Assembly (NCBI GenBank): GCA_903835075.1 | Contig: CAILLM010000004.1 | Span: forward strand, 80,532 to 144,531 | Origin: Candidatus Staskawiczbacteria bacterium | Lineage (GTDB): Bacteria; Patescibacteriota; Minisyncoccia; Minisyncoccales; Staskawiczbacteraceae | Length of the DNA stretch: 64,000 nt | Reading direction: 5' to 3' | In this document: piece after piece, positions 8,157 to 17,516 of the stretch | How positions within the stretch are numbered: the first letter of the stretch is position 1 | How the letters are laid out: every line of letters begins with the position of its first letter | The notes under the pieces: generated by a model | Seen by the model: the letters and a program-made list of their open reading frames with translations, nothing else | Database searches by the model: none | What the model was told of the DNA's origin: nothing | Made by a program: the position numbers and the translations under genes

Positions 8157-9669
8157 AATAATTGATGATTTTCTAAATAAAACAACAATGTACAGGCTTA
8201 CCCTGTATGGCGTTGTTTCTTTGTGGTTTTTAGCATTATTTTTTAGCGTGGTTGGAATTTTACACTACAACCCCATTGATTTGGTGGTTACCCTAGCACT
8301 GGCATTTGGGATTTGCGTGTTGGTTAATGAAGTTTTTGCTAGAACTTTTGGCGCACCATCAAATAATGAATCTGTATATATAACAGCCTTTATTCTAGCT
8401 TCTATAATTTCTCCAATAAGTTCTTTGCCAGATTTCTATTTTTTACTTTGGGCTTGCATTCTAGCAATGGCTACAAAATATATTTTAGCTATTGGTAAAA
8501 AACATATTTTTAACCCCGCTGCTGCGGGAGTTGTTTTGGCGTCTCTAGTTTCTGGGGGCGCCGCAACGTGGTGGATGGGAACCATTTATATGGCTCCGTT
8601 TGTTTTAATTGTAGGAATACTTATATGTAAAAAAATTAAAAGGTTTGATTTATTTTTAAGTTTTATAGTATCTTCGTTTGTTTTCATTATTGGTTATGAT
8701 ATTTTTGTAGGTCAAAATTTTATCTCGGCAATTGGTAGTACCTTATTTAATTCACCAATTATTTATTTAGGATCTGTTATGTTAACAGAACCCATGACAA
8801 CTCCGCCAATCAAAAAATCAAGAATAATTTATGGGGCATTGATTGGATTTTTAGGGGATCCATTTATAAATATAGCAGGATTTTATTCTACACCAGAGAT
8901 TGCATTGGTTTTAGGAAACATTTATTCCTATGCTGTAAGTTCAAAACGAAAACTTATATTAAAATTAAAAAAAAAGAATAAAATTGCAAACGAAACATAT
9001 GACTTTGTATTCTTGTCAAATCAAAAATTCAATTATAAGCCAGGGCAATATTTGGAATGGACTTTACCGCACGAGAAAATAGATAATAGGGGAATGAGGA
9101 GGTATTTTACTGTTGCCTCTTCGCCAACAGAAAAAGAAATTATAATGGGTGTTAAGTTTTACGATAACCCTAGTTCTTACAAGCAATCGCTAATTTCTTT
9201 GGGCGAACAGGGTACAATTGTTGCTTCGCAATTGGCAGGAGATTTCACTTTACCAGAAGATAAAAATAAAAAATTAGTTTTTATTGCTGGAGGCATAGGG
9301 GTTACTCCTTTTAGAAGTATGATAAAATATCTTATTGATAAGAATGAGAAAAGAGATATCACAATTTTTTATTCTAATAAAGGCATATCAGATATCACTT
9401 ATAAAGATATTTTTGATGAAGCTTTTTTAAATCTTGGGATTAAAACAATTTATTGTTTGAGTGACTCGGAAAGCACGCCGAAAGATTGGAGTGGAGAAAA
9501 AGGCTTTATAACGCCAGAAATGATCAGAAAATATGTTCCTGATTTTGCACAAAGAACTTTTTATATGTCTGGACCAAGGTCTATGATACTTGCTTTCCAG
9601 GATTCTCTTGGTAAGATGGGCATTCCTAAGAATCGCATAAAAACAGACTTCTTTCCGGGGTTTGTATAA
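8128..9669 (+). CDS. Polytopic membrane domain (tentatively RnfD/NqrB-like) fused to an FNR-type FAD/NAD(P)H oxidoreductase
   Basis: About 270 aa with multiple TM helices, including KHIFNPAAAGVVL. The C-terminal half has RRYFTVASSP (RxYS FAD motif) and FIAGGIGVTPFRSM (NAD(P)H motif). Confidence 0.7.
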   Translation: MINTQMKIFKIIDDFLNKTTMYRLTLYGVVSLWFLALFFSVVGILHYNPIDLVVTLALAFGICVLVNEVFARTFGAPSNNESVYITAFILASIISPISSLPDFYFLLWACILAMATKYILAIGKKHIFNPAAAGVVLASLVSGGAATWWMGTIYMAPFVLIVGILICKKIKRFDLFLSFIVSSFVFIIGYDIFVGQNFISAIGSTLFNSPIIYLGSVMLTEPMTTPPIKKSRIIYGALIGFLGDPFINIAGFYSTPEIALVLGNIYSYAVSSKRKLILKLKKKNKIANETYDFVFLSNQKFNYKPGQYLEWTLPHEKIDNRGMRRYFTVASSPTEKEIIMGVKFYDNPSSYKQSLISLGEQGTIVASQLAGDFTLPEDKNKKLVFIAGGIGVTPFRSMIKYLIDKNEKRDITIFYSNKGISDITYKDIFDEAFLNLGIKTIYCLSDSESTPKDWSGEKGFITPEMIRKYVPDFAQRTFYMSGPRSMILAFQDSLGKMGIPKNRIKTDFFPGFV

Positions 9670-10228
9670 TCCTATGTTAGAAACTCTTGAAGACAAAGAA
9701 TTAATAAAAAAATATTTGAAAGGCGAAGCACGAGCCTTTGATTTTTTGGTTGAAAAGAATTTAAAATTAATTTATAATTTTGTATATAAAAATGTTGGCA
9801 ATGAAGCTAGCGCAGAAGATATAACTCAAGAAGTTTTTATTAAAGTTTGGAAGAATATCAAAAAATTTGACCAAACTAAAAGCTTTAAGCCGTGGATTTT
9901 CCAAATAGCCAAAAATACTTCGATTGATTTTTTAAGAAAAAAGAAGAGCATACCATTTTCTAAATTTGAAAATGAAAAAGGGCAAAATGTGTTGGTTGAG
10001 AACACACCAGCTAAGCCTACCAATTTATTAGAAAATTTAAGTGATAAAAAAACATTGGCAACCGCAATGCACAATTTGTCTGAGAAGGAGCAAAAACTTA
10101 TTAATCTCCGGCATGCAGAGGGGCTTAGTTTTAAAGAAATTGCAGGACGGCTTAAGGAATCAGTGAACACAATAAAGAGCAGGTATCGTAGAAGTCTTTC
10201 TAATTTAAGGAAAAATATACACAAATAA
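9662..10228 (+). CDS. ECF-type RNA polymerase sigma-70 family factor
   Basis: Region 2 (DITQEVFIKVWKNIKKFD...FKPWIFQIAKN) and region 4 HTH (LSFKEIAGRLKESVNTIKSRYRRSL). Confidence 0.85.
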   Translation: MYNPMLETLEDKELIKKYLKGEARAFDFLVEKNLKLIYNFVYKNVGNEASAEDITQEVFIKVWKNIKKFDQTKSFKPWIFQIAKNTSIDFLRKKKSIPFSKFENEKGQNVLVENTPAKPTNLLENLSDKKTLATAMHNLSEKEQKLINLRHAEGLSFKEIAGRLKESVNTIKSRYRRSLSNLRKNIHK

Positions 10229-10269
10229 GCACCAAAATACCATATTCAAGCGTAATAATAATATAAAAC

Positions 10270-10662
10270 ATGGAAAACTCCTACATAGAGCCTCCCCAAG
10301 AATTATTAGGAAGAATATTAAAACGCATTCATAACGAAGAGCGTCTTTTAGTTTTAAGAAGAATTTTTATATTTTCAGCCATGTTGCTGACTTCTTTAGC
10401 GGCATTTATTCCAACACTTAAAATACTTTTTTCTGATTTTAACAAATCAGGATTTATCAGCTTCTCTTCTTTGGCTTTCTCGGATTTTTCTTCAGTTGTA
10501 GCCAATTGGCAAAGCTTTACAATGATTTTGTTGGAATCTTTGCCAGCGGTAAGTTTGGCATTATTTTTGGCAGTTTTATTAACATTTTTGCAATCAGCAA
10601 AGTCTTTAACAAAAAATATTAAAACAATATCTGGCATAAGCCATTTAAAAATTGCTGGATAA
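10270..10662 (+). CDS. Putative anti-sigma factor-like membrane protein
   Basis: Lies immediately downstream of the ECF sigma gene. Short cytoplasmic N-terminus followed by 3 TM helices. Assigned by position only. Confidence 0.4.
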   Translation: MENSYIEPPQELLGRILKRIHNEERLLVLRRIFIFSAMLLTSLAAFIPTLKILFSDFNKSGFISFSSLAFSDFSSVVANWQSFTMILLESLPAVSLALFLAVLLTFLQSAKSLTKNIKTISGISHLKIAG

Positions 10663-10668
10663 AAATAA

Positions 10669-11136
10669 ATGGACACAGACAAATTTTTTCAATCTAAATT
10701 ATTCAAGGGAATAATAATAGGAATGTTGGGGGTAATAATATTAACCTTTGTTTTTGGCTTAGGAGTTTTTGTTGGCGAAAAGCGCGCAGAGTTTTCTTTT
10801 AAGTGGGCTGATGAATATCATAATAATTTTGGTGGTCCAAAGGGTGGTTTTTTGGGTGGAATGATGAGTCAAGAGTTTACTGAAGCAAACGGAGTGTTTG
10901 GGCAAATTATAAAAGTTAATTCACAATCTCTAACTATAAAAGGAAAAGATAATGTTGAAAAAATAATTTTAGTAACTGATAAAACAATAATTGTTTATCA
11001 AAGGAAAAATATAAAATTACTCGAACTCAAAGTTGGGGATAGTGCAGTTGTTGTAGGAGAACCCAACAACTCTGGACAAATAGAAGCAGAGCTTATTAGG
11101 GTTATGCCTGCGCCCGTTATAACGCCCAAATTATAA
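10669..11136 (+). CDS. Membrane-anchored small beta-rich protein, paralogous to 14850..15275
   Basis: N-terminal TM helix. The C-terminal pattern G.I..V...SLTIKGKD...I..T..T.I......L..GD...V.G..N..G.I.A..IRV.P is shared with the 14850 gene. Confidence 0.55.
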   Translation: MDTDKFFQSKLFKGIIIGMLGVIILTFVFGLGVFVGEKRAEFSFKWADEYHNNFGGPKGGFLGGMMSQEFTEANGVFGQIIKVNSQSLTIKGKDNVEKIILVTDKTIIVYQRKNIKLLELKVGDSAVVVGEPNNSGQIEAELIRVMPAPVITPKL

Positions 11137-11172
11137 GCATTCTTATTCTTAATAAAATTAAATTTTTTTAAA

Positions 11173-12894
11173 ATGAATTTTTTAGTAAAAATAAAAGAAA
11201 TTGTTTTTAAATATAAAAAAACAAGTATAATTATAATTTTATTTTTATTAGGTGGTGGATATTTCTGGTACCAACCAATAGCCAGTAATAGTGGAACAAA
11301 TAAATATGTTTTAGCTGAGGTCGCAAAAGCAACTATAGTTTCTTCAATATCAGGCACTGGACAAGTTTCGGCCTCTAGTCAACTTGATATTAAGCCCCAA
11401 GTCTCAGGAAACCTTGTTTACGTTAATATTACGAAAAATATGTCTGTTAAAGCAGGTACGCTTTTGGCGCAAGTAGAATCAAGGGATGCTCAGATGGTTA
11501 TGCAAAGTGCACAAAATGATTTAGCAAGCGCTCAATTATCTTCTCAAGACATAAGCGGAACAGCTAGGGATGCGCTTGACGCCTCATACAGTAGTGGCCT
11601 TGATAGCTTAACAAACACCTTTAATGATTTAACATCTATGAAAGCTAGTTTGGACGCAATTTTTTTGCAGAGCAGTTATAAGGGAAGCGACAGTGATATG
11701 AGTTATTATTTGAATTTTGTAAAATATTATGATAGCAGTAGTTCGAGCGAGTTGAGTTATTGGACAACCGATGCAAAACAGAAATATAATGACTTGCAGA
11801 GTAAGCTAGATTCGATTGAGGAGGTAGCATGGACTTTAAATAAAAATTCTCCGTCCTCTCAAATAGAAAATGCTATTAATCAAAGCTATACAGCCAATAA
11901 TAATTTTTTAGATTTGATAAGGCAAGCTTCAAATCTCATACAAAGATATCAAAAGATTCTTTTAACACAAAGTCTAACAACGCCAATTTCAGTTAGTACA
12001 ACTACTTCGCAGGCAACTCAGTTGAGTAGTGCCTTGGCATTGCTTGTTAAAGACGTCACCGCACTTTCAACTGCTAAAACAAATATAACTACTCAAAAAC
12101 AAACATACTCTAAGGTAGGAGTTAATACGCAGGCGCAAAATCTTAATATATTGCAATATCAAAATGCGTTGGCTGATGCTAAAGATGCTTTGGCTAAATA
12201 TTATGTGTATGCACCCATGGACGGAATTATATCTTCAACTGATTCAACAACAAAAGTTGGAGATGCGGTTTCTTCTGGTACTGTTTTAGGTTCTATGATT
12301 GCTAATCAAAATATTATCCAGCTTTCTTTGAATGAAGTTGATGTTGTAAAAGTAAAAACAGGAGAAAAGGTAGCAATAACTTTTGATGCTTTGCCAGATA
12401 TTACTGCAACGGGGTATGTTGCAGATGTAGACACAGTGGGAACTGTGAGTCAAGGGGTGGTAAGTTATGGCGTAAAAATTGCTCTAGATATTACAGATAG
12501 TAAAATAAAGCCTGGCATGAGTGCGAGTGTAAATATTATAACAGATACTAGACAAAATGTTTTAACTGTCCCAAATAGCGCCGTAAAATCAAAAAATGGA
12601 AATTATTATGTTTTTGTTCTAAACCAAAAGCAAGATTTAACTAGTCCAACTGCTAGTCAGGGTTTTGCTTCGCCCATAGCACCAACTCAAAAAACAGTAG
12701 AAATAGGGCTAGCAGACGAATCTAATACAGAAATAATTAGTGGTTTGGCTGAAGGAGACCAGGTTGTACTGAGAACTATTTCTAGCACAACCACGGCAAC
12801 TTCTACGGGTAGAGCAGGTACAACATCGGCAACAAGATTAATCACGGGGGGAGGTGCAGGTGGCGGATTTACCGGTGGGAGGCCTGGAAACTAA
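11173..12894 (+). CDS. Efflux periplasmic adaptor (HlyD/MacA family) with a long coiled-coil and a Gly-rich tail
   Basis: N-terminal TM helix, SGTGQV.A....DIKPQVSG barrel-sandwich start, a long alpha-helical insert, then APMDGIIS and LTVPNSAV membrane-proximal motifs. Confidence 0.75.
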   Translation: MNFLVKIKEIVFKYKKTSIIIILFLLGGGYFWYQPIASNSGTNKYVLAEVAKATIVSSISGTGQVSASSQLDIKPQVSGNLVYVNITKNMSVKAGTLLAQVESRDAQMVMQSAQNDLASAQLSSQDISGTARDALDASYSSGLDSLTNTFNDLTSMKASLDAIFLQSSYKGSDSDMSYYLNFVKYYDSSSSSELSYWTTDAKQKYNDLQSKLDSIEEVAWTLNKNSPSSQIENAINQSYTANNNFLDLIRQASNLIQRYQKILLTQSLTTPISVSTTTSQATQLSSALALLVKDVTALSTAKTNITTQKQTYSKVGVNTQAQNLNILQYQNALADAKDALAKYYVYAPMDGIISSTDSTTKVGDAVSSGTVLGSMIANQNIIQLSLNEVDVVKVKTGEKVAITFDALPDITATGYVADVDTVGTVSQGVVSYGVKIALDITDSKIKPGMSASVNIITDTRQNVLTVPNSAVKSKNGNYYVFVLNQKQDLTSPTASQGFASPIAPTQKTVEIGLADESNTEIISGLAEGDQVVLRTISSTTTATSTGRAGTTSATRLITGGGAGGGFTGGRPGN

Positions 12895-12903
12895 ATTAAT
12901 AGA

Positions 12904-13584
12904 ATGATTGAAATAAAAAACATAGAAAAAATTTATCAAACAGGAACAGTTGGATTTCAAGCACTGTCAGGAGTTAGTTTTTCAATAAAAGAAGGAGAGT
13001 TTGTGGCAATAATGGGGCCATCGGGTTCGGGAAAATCAACGCTAATGCATATTTTGGGATGCCTAGATACTCCAACAACCGGAAAGTATTTTTTAGATGG
13101 TAAAGATGTTTCTAAATTAAATGAAGATGAGCTAGCTGAAATAAGAAAAAATAAAATTGGTTTTGTTTTTCAGGCATTTAATCTTTTGCCAAGAACAACG
13201 GCCTTGCGGAATGTTTTATTGCCTTTAGTTTATGCAGAAGTAGAACCAATGGAAAGAGAAAAACGTGCAAAAGAATCTTTAAAATCTGCTGGCTTAGACG
13301 AAGAATTTTTTGATCATTTGTCTAATCAATTATCAGGCGGGCAAATTCAAAGAGTGGCAATTGCCAGGGCACTGGTTAATGATCCTGCTTTAATTTTGGC
13401 TGACGAACCAACCGGTAACTTAGATTCTAAAACAGGAGAAATAGTTTTAGAAACATTTAGAAAGTTAAATAAAGAACATGGAAGAACAATTATTTTAATT
13501 ACTCATGAACACGATGTTGCCGAACATGCAGACAGAATTATTTCGTTGAAAGATGGACTCATTATAAATGATACAAAAAAATGA
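12904..13584 (+). CDS. ABC transporter ATP-binding protein (MacB/LolD type)
   Basis: Walker A GPSGSGKST, signature LSGGQIQRVAIARAL, Walker B ILADEPTGNLD. ATGA overlap with the permease gene. Confidence 0.92.
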   Translation: MIEIKNIEKIYQTGTVGFQALSGVSFSIKEGEFVAIMGPSGSGKSTLMHILGCLDTPTTGKYFLDGKDVSKLNEDELAEIRKNKIGFVFQAFNLLPRTTALRNVLLPLVYAEVEPMEREKRAKESLKSAGLDEEFFDHLSNQLSGGQIQRVAIARALVNDPALILADEPTGNLDSKTGEIVLETFRKLNKEHGRTIILITHEHDVAEHADRIISLKDGLIINDTKK

Positions 13585-14813
13585 AACTTTCAGATACATT
13601 AGAAGAAACATTTTTAGCACTTTCATCAAATAAAGCCCGAACTGGCTTAACTATTTTAGGTATTGTTATTGGAATTAGTTCAGTAATTGTTATGGTGTCT
13701 GTGGGACAGGGAGCAACAAGTTCAATTCAATCTAGCATTGAAGCAACGGGGTCTAACCTTTTGATGGTAATGCCTGGGGCAGCAAGAACCGTGGGCTCTC
13801 CTGTCCGTTCGGCTGGTGGAACAGCACAATCTTTAACCATTGAAGATGCAAATTCTATTGTAAGCCAGGTCCCATCTGTGCAATATATGACCCCTGAAGT
13901 TACGGGGAGATATCAGGTTGTTTATAAAGGGAACAATACAAACACATCAGTTGTAGGAACTAGTGATACTTACTCCATGGTTAGAAATTTGAATATAGAC
14001 CAGGGAGTTTTTATTACAGCTCAAGATGTTGTTAGCACTTCTCGCGTGGCAGTATTGGGGCCTACGGTGGTTACAGATTTATTTGGAGCAGACGCTGTTG
14101 CAAGTGACGCAATTGGTCAAACAATAAAAATTAATAAAATGCAATTTCAGGTTGTAGGAGTAACAGTTGCAAAGGGTGGTAGTGGATTTCAAAATCAGGA
14201 TGACAGAATTTATATTCCATATACTGTTTCACAAAAATATCTTTCGGGGAACAAATATTTATCAGAAATTGATTTACAAATTAGTAGTTCTAATTTAATG
14301 ACCTCAGCTCAAAGTGATGTAACAAGTTTGTTGTTAGCTAATCATAATATTTCGGATTCTACATTAGCTGATTTTAATGTTCAAAATCAAGCAGACATAT
14401 TGTCATCAATTTCAAGTGTAAGTCAAACTCTCACAATTTTGTTAGGAGCAATTGCAGGAATTTCTTTATTAGTAGGAGGAATTGGAATTATGAATATGAT
14501 GCTTACAACAGTAACCGAAAGAACAAGAGAAATTGGGCTCCGCAAGGCAATTGGAGCAAAAGCAAAAGACATTACTTTTCAGTTTTTAACAGAAGCAGTT
14601 ATGTTAACTTTTACTGGTGGCATATTAGGAGTTTTTTTGGGATGGGGAATATCTTGGGGAATCAAATATTTTAATTTTTATCAAACCCAAGTTTCATTAT
14701 TATCAATAATTTTAGCAGTAGTTGTTTCTGGTGCCATAGGAATTATTTTTGGATATTATCCAGCAAAGCGTGCTGCAAAATTAAATCCAATAGAAGCATT
14801 AAGATACGAATAA
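13581..14813 (+). CDS. ABC transporter permease (MacB/FtsX-like)
   Basis: TM1, a large periplasmic domain, then three C-terminal TM helices with the FtsX-type EIGLRKAIGA motif. Confidence 0.9.
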   Translation: MKLSDTLEETFLALSSNKARTGLTILGIVIGISSVIVMVSVGQGATSSIQSSIEATGSNLLMVMPGAARTVGSPVRSAGGTAQSLTIEDANSIVSQVPSVQYMTPEVTGRYQVVYKGNNTNTSVVGTSDTYSMVRNLNIDQGVFITAQDVVSTSRVAVLGPTVVTDLFGADAVASDAIGQTIKINKMQFQVVGVTVAKGGSGFQNQDDRIYIPYTVSQKYLSGNKYLSEIDLQISSSNLMTSAQSDVTSLLLANHNISDSTLADFNVQNQADILSSISSVSQTLTILLGAIAGISLLVGGIGIMNMMLTTVTERTREIGLRKAIGAKAKDITFQFLTEAVMLTFTGGILGVFLGWGISWGIKYFNFYQTQVSLLSIILAVVVSGAIGIIFGYYPAKRAAKLNPIEALRYE

Positions 14814-14849
14814 AATTAAAAATAATTATTAAAAAATAATATAAATCAT

Positions 14850-15275
14850 ATGAACAAAACAAATAAAATAATTTATGGGGTAGTTGTATTATTGATTATT
14901 GCGGGAGGTTCATTTTATGGAGGTATGCTTTATGGTAAAACTCAAAGTCCAAAATTAGGCGCTGGTAACGGAAATTTTCAAACAAGAATTAATAGGGGAG
15001 GGGGCGGAGGTTTTATTTCCGGGGATATTATTTCTAAAGATGCCAGTAGCATAACATTGAAACTCCAAAATAGCAGTAGCTCAAAAATAATATTTTATTC
15101 AGACACAACACAAATTAATAAATATGCTGCAGGAACTTCTAATGATTTGTCAGCAGGGACATCAATTAGTGTAGCGGGCACGGCAAATTCTGATGGAAGC
15201 GTAACAGCACAAAGTATACAAATTAGACCAGCAAAACCTGCAACAGCACCTTCGGGGAACTCTCCTGTACAATAA
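14850..15275 (+). CDS. Membrane-anchored small beta-rich protein, paralog of 10669..11136
   Basis: N-terminal TM helix, Gly-rich linker, then the same C-terminal pattern (GDIISKDASSITLKL...GTSISVAGTANSDGSVTAQSIQIRP). Confidence 0.55.
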   Translation: MNKTNKIIYGVVVLLIIAGGSFYGGMLYGKTQSPKLGAGNGNFQTRINRGGGGGFISGDIISKDASSITLKLQNSSSSKIIFYSDTTQINKYAAGTSNDLSAGTSISVAGTANSDGSVTAQSIQIRPAKPATAPSGNSPVQ

Positions 15276-15314
15276 AGTCTTTGTTGAAATTATAAAAAGT
15301 GGTAAAATAGAAAT

Positions 15315-15785
15315 ATGAAAACATCAACAATAATAATTTCAATAATAGTTTCTGTAATAATATTAATTGTGTTGGTTGTGGGTGCTTATAATTTAATGCA
15401 ACCAAGTAAAAATACCAATCAAAAAAATACGCAACAGCAAACTCCTGCAAATTTTGACATTAGGGGAATGAAAGTTGAAGTTTTGAAGCAGGGAACTGGA
15501 GAAGGAGCAAAAGTTGGAGATAGAATAGTTGTAAATTATGTTGGAACACTAACCAACGGCACAAAGTTTGATTCTTCAATAGATAGAAAGCATCCGTTTC
15601 CATATACTTTAGGAAAAAATCAGGTGATACGGGGTTGGGAGTTGGGAATTTTGGGAATGAAAATTGGCGAAAAAAGAAAACTAACAATTCCGCCATCGCT
15701 GGCTTATGGCGATGCAGGAAGGCCACCAATTATTCCAAAAAGTGCTACTTTAATTTTTGAAATTGATATGTTGAGCATAAATTAA
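15315..15785 (+). CDS. FKBP-type peptidyl-prolyl cis-trans isomerase, membrane-anchored
   Basis: VNYVGTLTNGTKFDSS...PF.YTLG.NQVIRGWELGILGMKIGEKRKLTIPPSLAYG is the classic FKBP_C signature. Confidence 0.9.
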   Translation: MKTSTIIISIIVSVIILIVLVVGAYNLMQPSKNTNQKNTQQQTPANFDIRGMKVEVLKQGTGEGAKVGDRIVVNYVGTLTNGTKFDSSIDRKHPFPYTLGKNQVIRGWELGILGMKIGEKRKLTIPPSLAYGDAGRPPIIPKSATLIFEIDMLSIN

Positions 15786-15793
15786 AATTACTT

Positions 15794-15822
15794 AAAAGCC
15801 CTAGATATTGTTGGGGCTTTTT
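15794..15822 (+). terminator. Rho-independent terminator after the FKBP gene
   Basis: aaaagccc...ggggcttttt hairpin plus T-run. Confidence 0.65.
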
Positions 15823-15918
15823 GCTTGCATTTTAAAAATTTTGTTGTAATGTATTAGTATGCAGTCGGGACAGCAATTTGAAAATCCGACAATCAAACCA
15901 ACCAACCATATTATCGCA

Positions 15919-17493
15919 ATGAGCACACAAAGTACACAGACTACAAGAGCACTGTTTAGTGTTTCAGACAAAACCGGCTTAGCGAAATTCGCCGAGGAAC
16001 TAGGTCTTTTCGGCATTCAAATTCTGTCGACCGGCGGAACTGCCAAGGAATTGAGAAAAGCCGGAATTCCTGTTACTGATGTCTCCGAATATACCGGCGC
16101 ACCGGAGTTGTTTGACGGCAGGCTTAAGACGTTGCACCCGAAAGTGCATGGTGGTTTGCTCCAGCGTCGTCGTAACAAAAAAGATATCGAGGAGGCTGCG
16201 GCAAACAATATACCACAAATCGATTTCGTTGTGGTGAACCTTTATCCCTTCGAACAAACCGTCGCTAAACCCGATACGACATTTGACGACGCCATTGAAA
16301 ACATCGACATTGGTGGCCCCTCGATGCTTCGTAGCGCCGCAAAGAACTTTGCCGATGTCACCGTTGTGATTGACCCGGCCGATTATCCCCGCGTTATTGG
16401 ATGCATGCGCGAGAACGACGGCAAAACGACACTCGCATTGCGGCGGGAATTGGCTCTGAAGGTTTTTGAGCGGACCAGCCGTTACGACGCCGCCATTCTT
16501 ACGTATCTTGAGAGCCAAGATACTGACAATGCCTCGGTTATGCCCTCAACGCTTCGTCTTTGTTTGCCAAAAGCACAGGACCTCCGTTACGGCGAAAATC
16601 CACACCAAAAGAGTGCGCTTTATGGCGACTTTTGGAAGTATTACAGTCAGCATGGTGGCAAAGAACTTTCCTACACCAATATTCTGGACATTGCCTCGGC
16701 CTCGACGTTGATAGACGACCTTGGTGATGATTCAATCGCGATACTGAAACATACGACACCATGCGGCGTTGCCATTGACGGCACATCGCCAGTTGAAGCG
16801 TGGAATCTTGCTTTTGCCACAGACAAAGATTCTCCCTTTGGTGGCGTGATTGTTTTGCCTTGGAAAACGGAAGTAGACACTGACCTTGTGGATGTTCTCA
16901 AGGACATTTTTGTGGAAATAGTCATTGCTTCAAGTTTCACGCCTGGAGCGCTGGCGGCTCTTCAAAGAAGGAAGAATCTGAGAATCATCCAACGCACCGG
17001 TATCCCGCCTTTCGATTTGGATTTGAAATCAATTCCGGGTGGAATGTTGGTGCAAGAGCGGGATGTTCTTCGGGAAGCGTGGAGCGACTTCAAGGTCGTG
17101 ACTAAACGGCTACCTACCGAAGAAGAAAAGTTTGCCATGATGTTTGCTTGGAAGGTTGTCAAAAACGCCAAGTCAAATGCCATGGTTTACGCCAAATACC
17201 AAGGTGGAACTTATCGTACCTTGTGCATTGGCGCCGGTCAGACCAGCAGAGTGGATGCATCCAAAATTGCGATTTGGAAGTCTGAACAAGCCGACCTATC
17301 GCTGGTTGGCAGTGTCCTTGCTAGTGAAGCATTCATCCCATTTGCAGACGGTGCGGAAGCAGCATTCAAGGCGGGCGCAACTGCCATAATACAGACCGGA
17401 GGTAGTATCCGAGACAAAGAGGTGATTGCTGCCGCAGATGCAGCTGGGGCAGCAATGGTGATGACCGGTTATCGCCATTTCAGACATGGTTAG
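15919..17493 (+). CDS. purH: Bifunctional AICAR formyltransferase / IMP cyclohydrolase
   Basis: RALFSVSDKTGL...LSTGGTAK...GRLKTLHPKVHGGLL (MGS-like IMPCH domain), followed by an AICARFT domain through to the YRHFRHG C-terminus. I prefer the ATG at 15919 (MSTQSTQ); the ORF track start at 15859 adds 20 non-conserved residues. Confidence 0.9.
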   Translation: MSTQSTQTTRALFSVSDKTGLAKFAEELGLFGIQILSTGGTAKELRKAGIPVTDVSEYTGAPELFDGRLKTLHPKVHGGLLQRRRNKKDIEEAAANNIPQIDFVVVNLYPFEQTVAKPDTTFDDAIENIDIGGPSMLRSAAKNFADVTVVIDPADYPRVIGCMRENDGKTTLALRRELALKVFERTSRYDAAILTYLESQDTDNASVMPSTLRLCLPKAQDLRYGENPHQKSALYGDFWKYYSQHGGKELSYTNILDIASASTLIDDLGDDSIAILKHTTPCGVAIDGTSPVEAWNLAFATDKDSPFGGVIVLPWKTEVDTDLVDVLKDIFVEIVIASSFTPGALAALQRRKNLRIIQRTGIPPFDLDLKSIPGGMLVQERDVLREAWSDFKVVTKRLPTEEEKFAMMFAWKVVKNAKSNAMVYAKYQGGTYRTLCIGAGQTSRVDASKIAIWKSEQADLSLVGSVLASEAFIPFADGAEAAFKAGATAIIQTGGSIRDKEVIAAADAAGAAMVMTGYRHFRHG

Positions 17494-17516
17494 CAGAGGC
17501 TAACAAATTTTACAGA

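Noticed and set aside
10329-10682. A 117-aa minus-strand ORF almost fully overlapping the putative anti-sigma gene.
   Set aside because: Both are unsupported by motifs. I kept the plus-strand ORF because it is co-oriented and tightly spaced within the sigma-efflux operon and has clean TM helices. This remains the less certain call.
13581-13584. Possible alternative genetic code (UGA recoded, as in some CPR lineages).
   Set aside because: TGA clearly terminates conserved genes at ATGA overlaps (13582-13584, 33374-33376, 57104-57106). The conserved proteins (DnaK, CysS, DnaB, PurH) are full length without in-frame TGA.
15859-15918. The track start of purH at 15859 and of the EamA-like gene at 22988.
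   Set aside because: The N-terminal extensions (MQSGQQFENPTIKPTNHIIA and MITDVIVSTNVKKNHVLIKRNK) are not part of the conserved domains. The second overlaps the upstream CDS. Internal ATGs at 15919 and 23054 give canonical N-termini.
15801-17487. About ten ORFs of 63-172 aa in other frames and on the opposite strand across purH (for example 16000..16518-, 16671..16940-, 17144..17389+).
   Set aside because: They lie in the GC-rich insert, where stop codons are rare. The purH frame carries unmistakable conserved motifs along its whole length, while the others have low-complexity Arg/Ala/Ser-rich translations.
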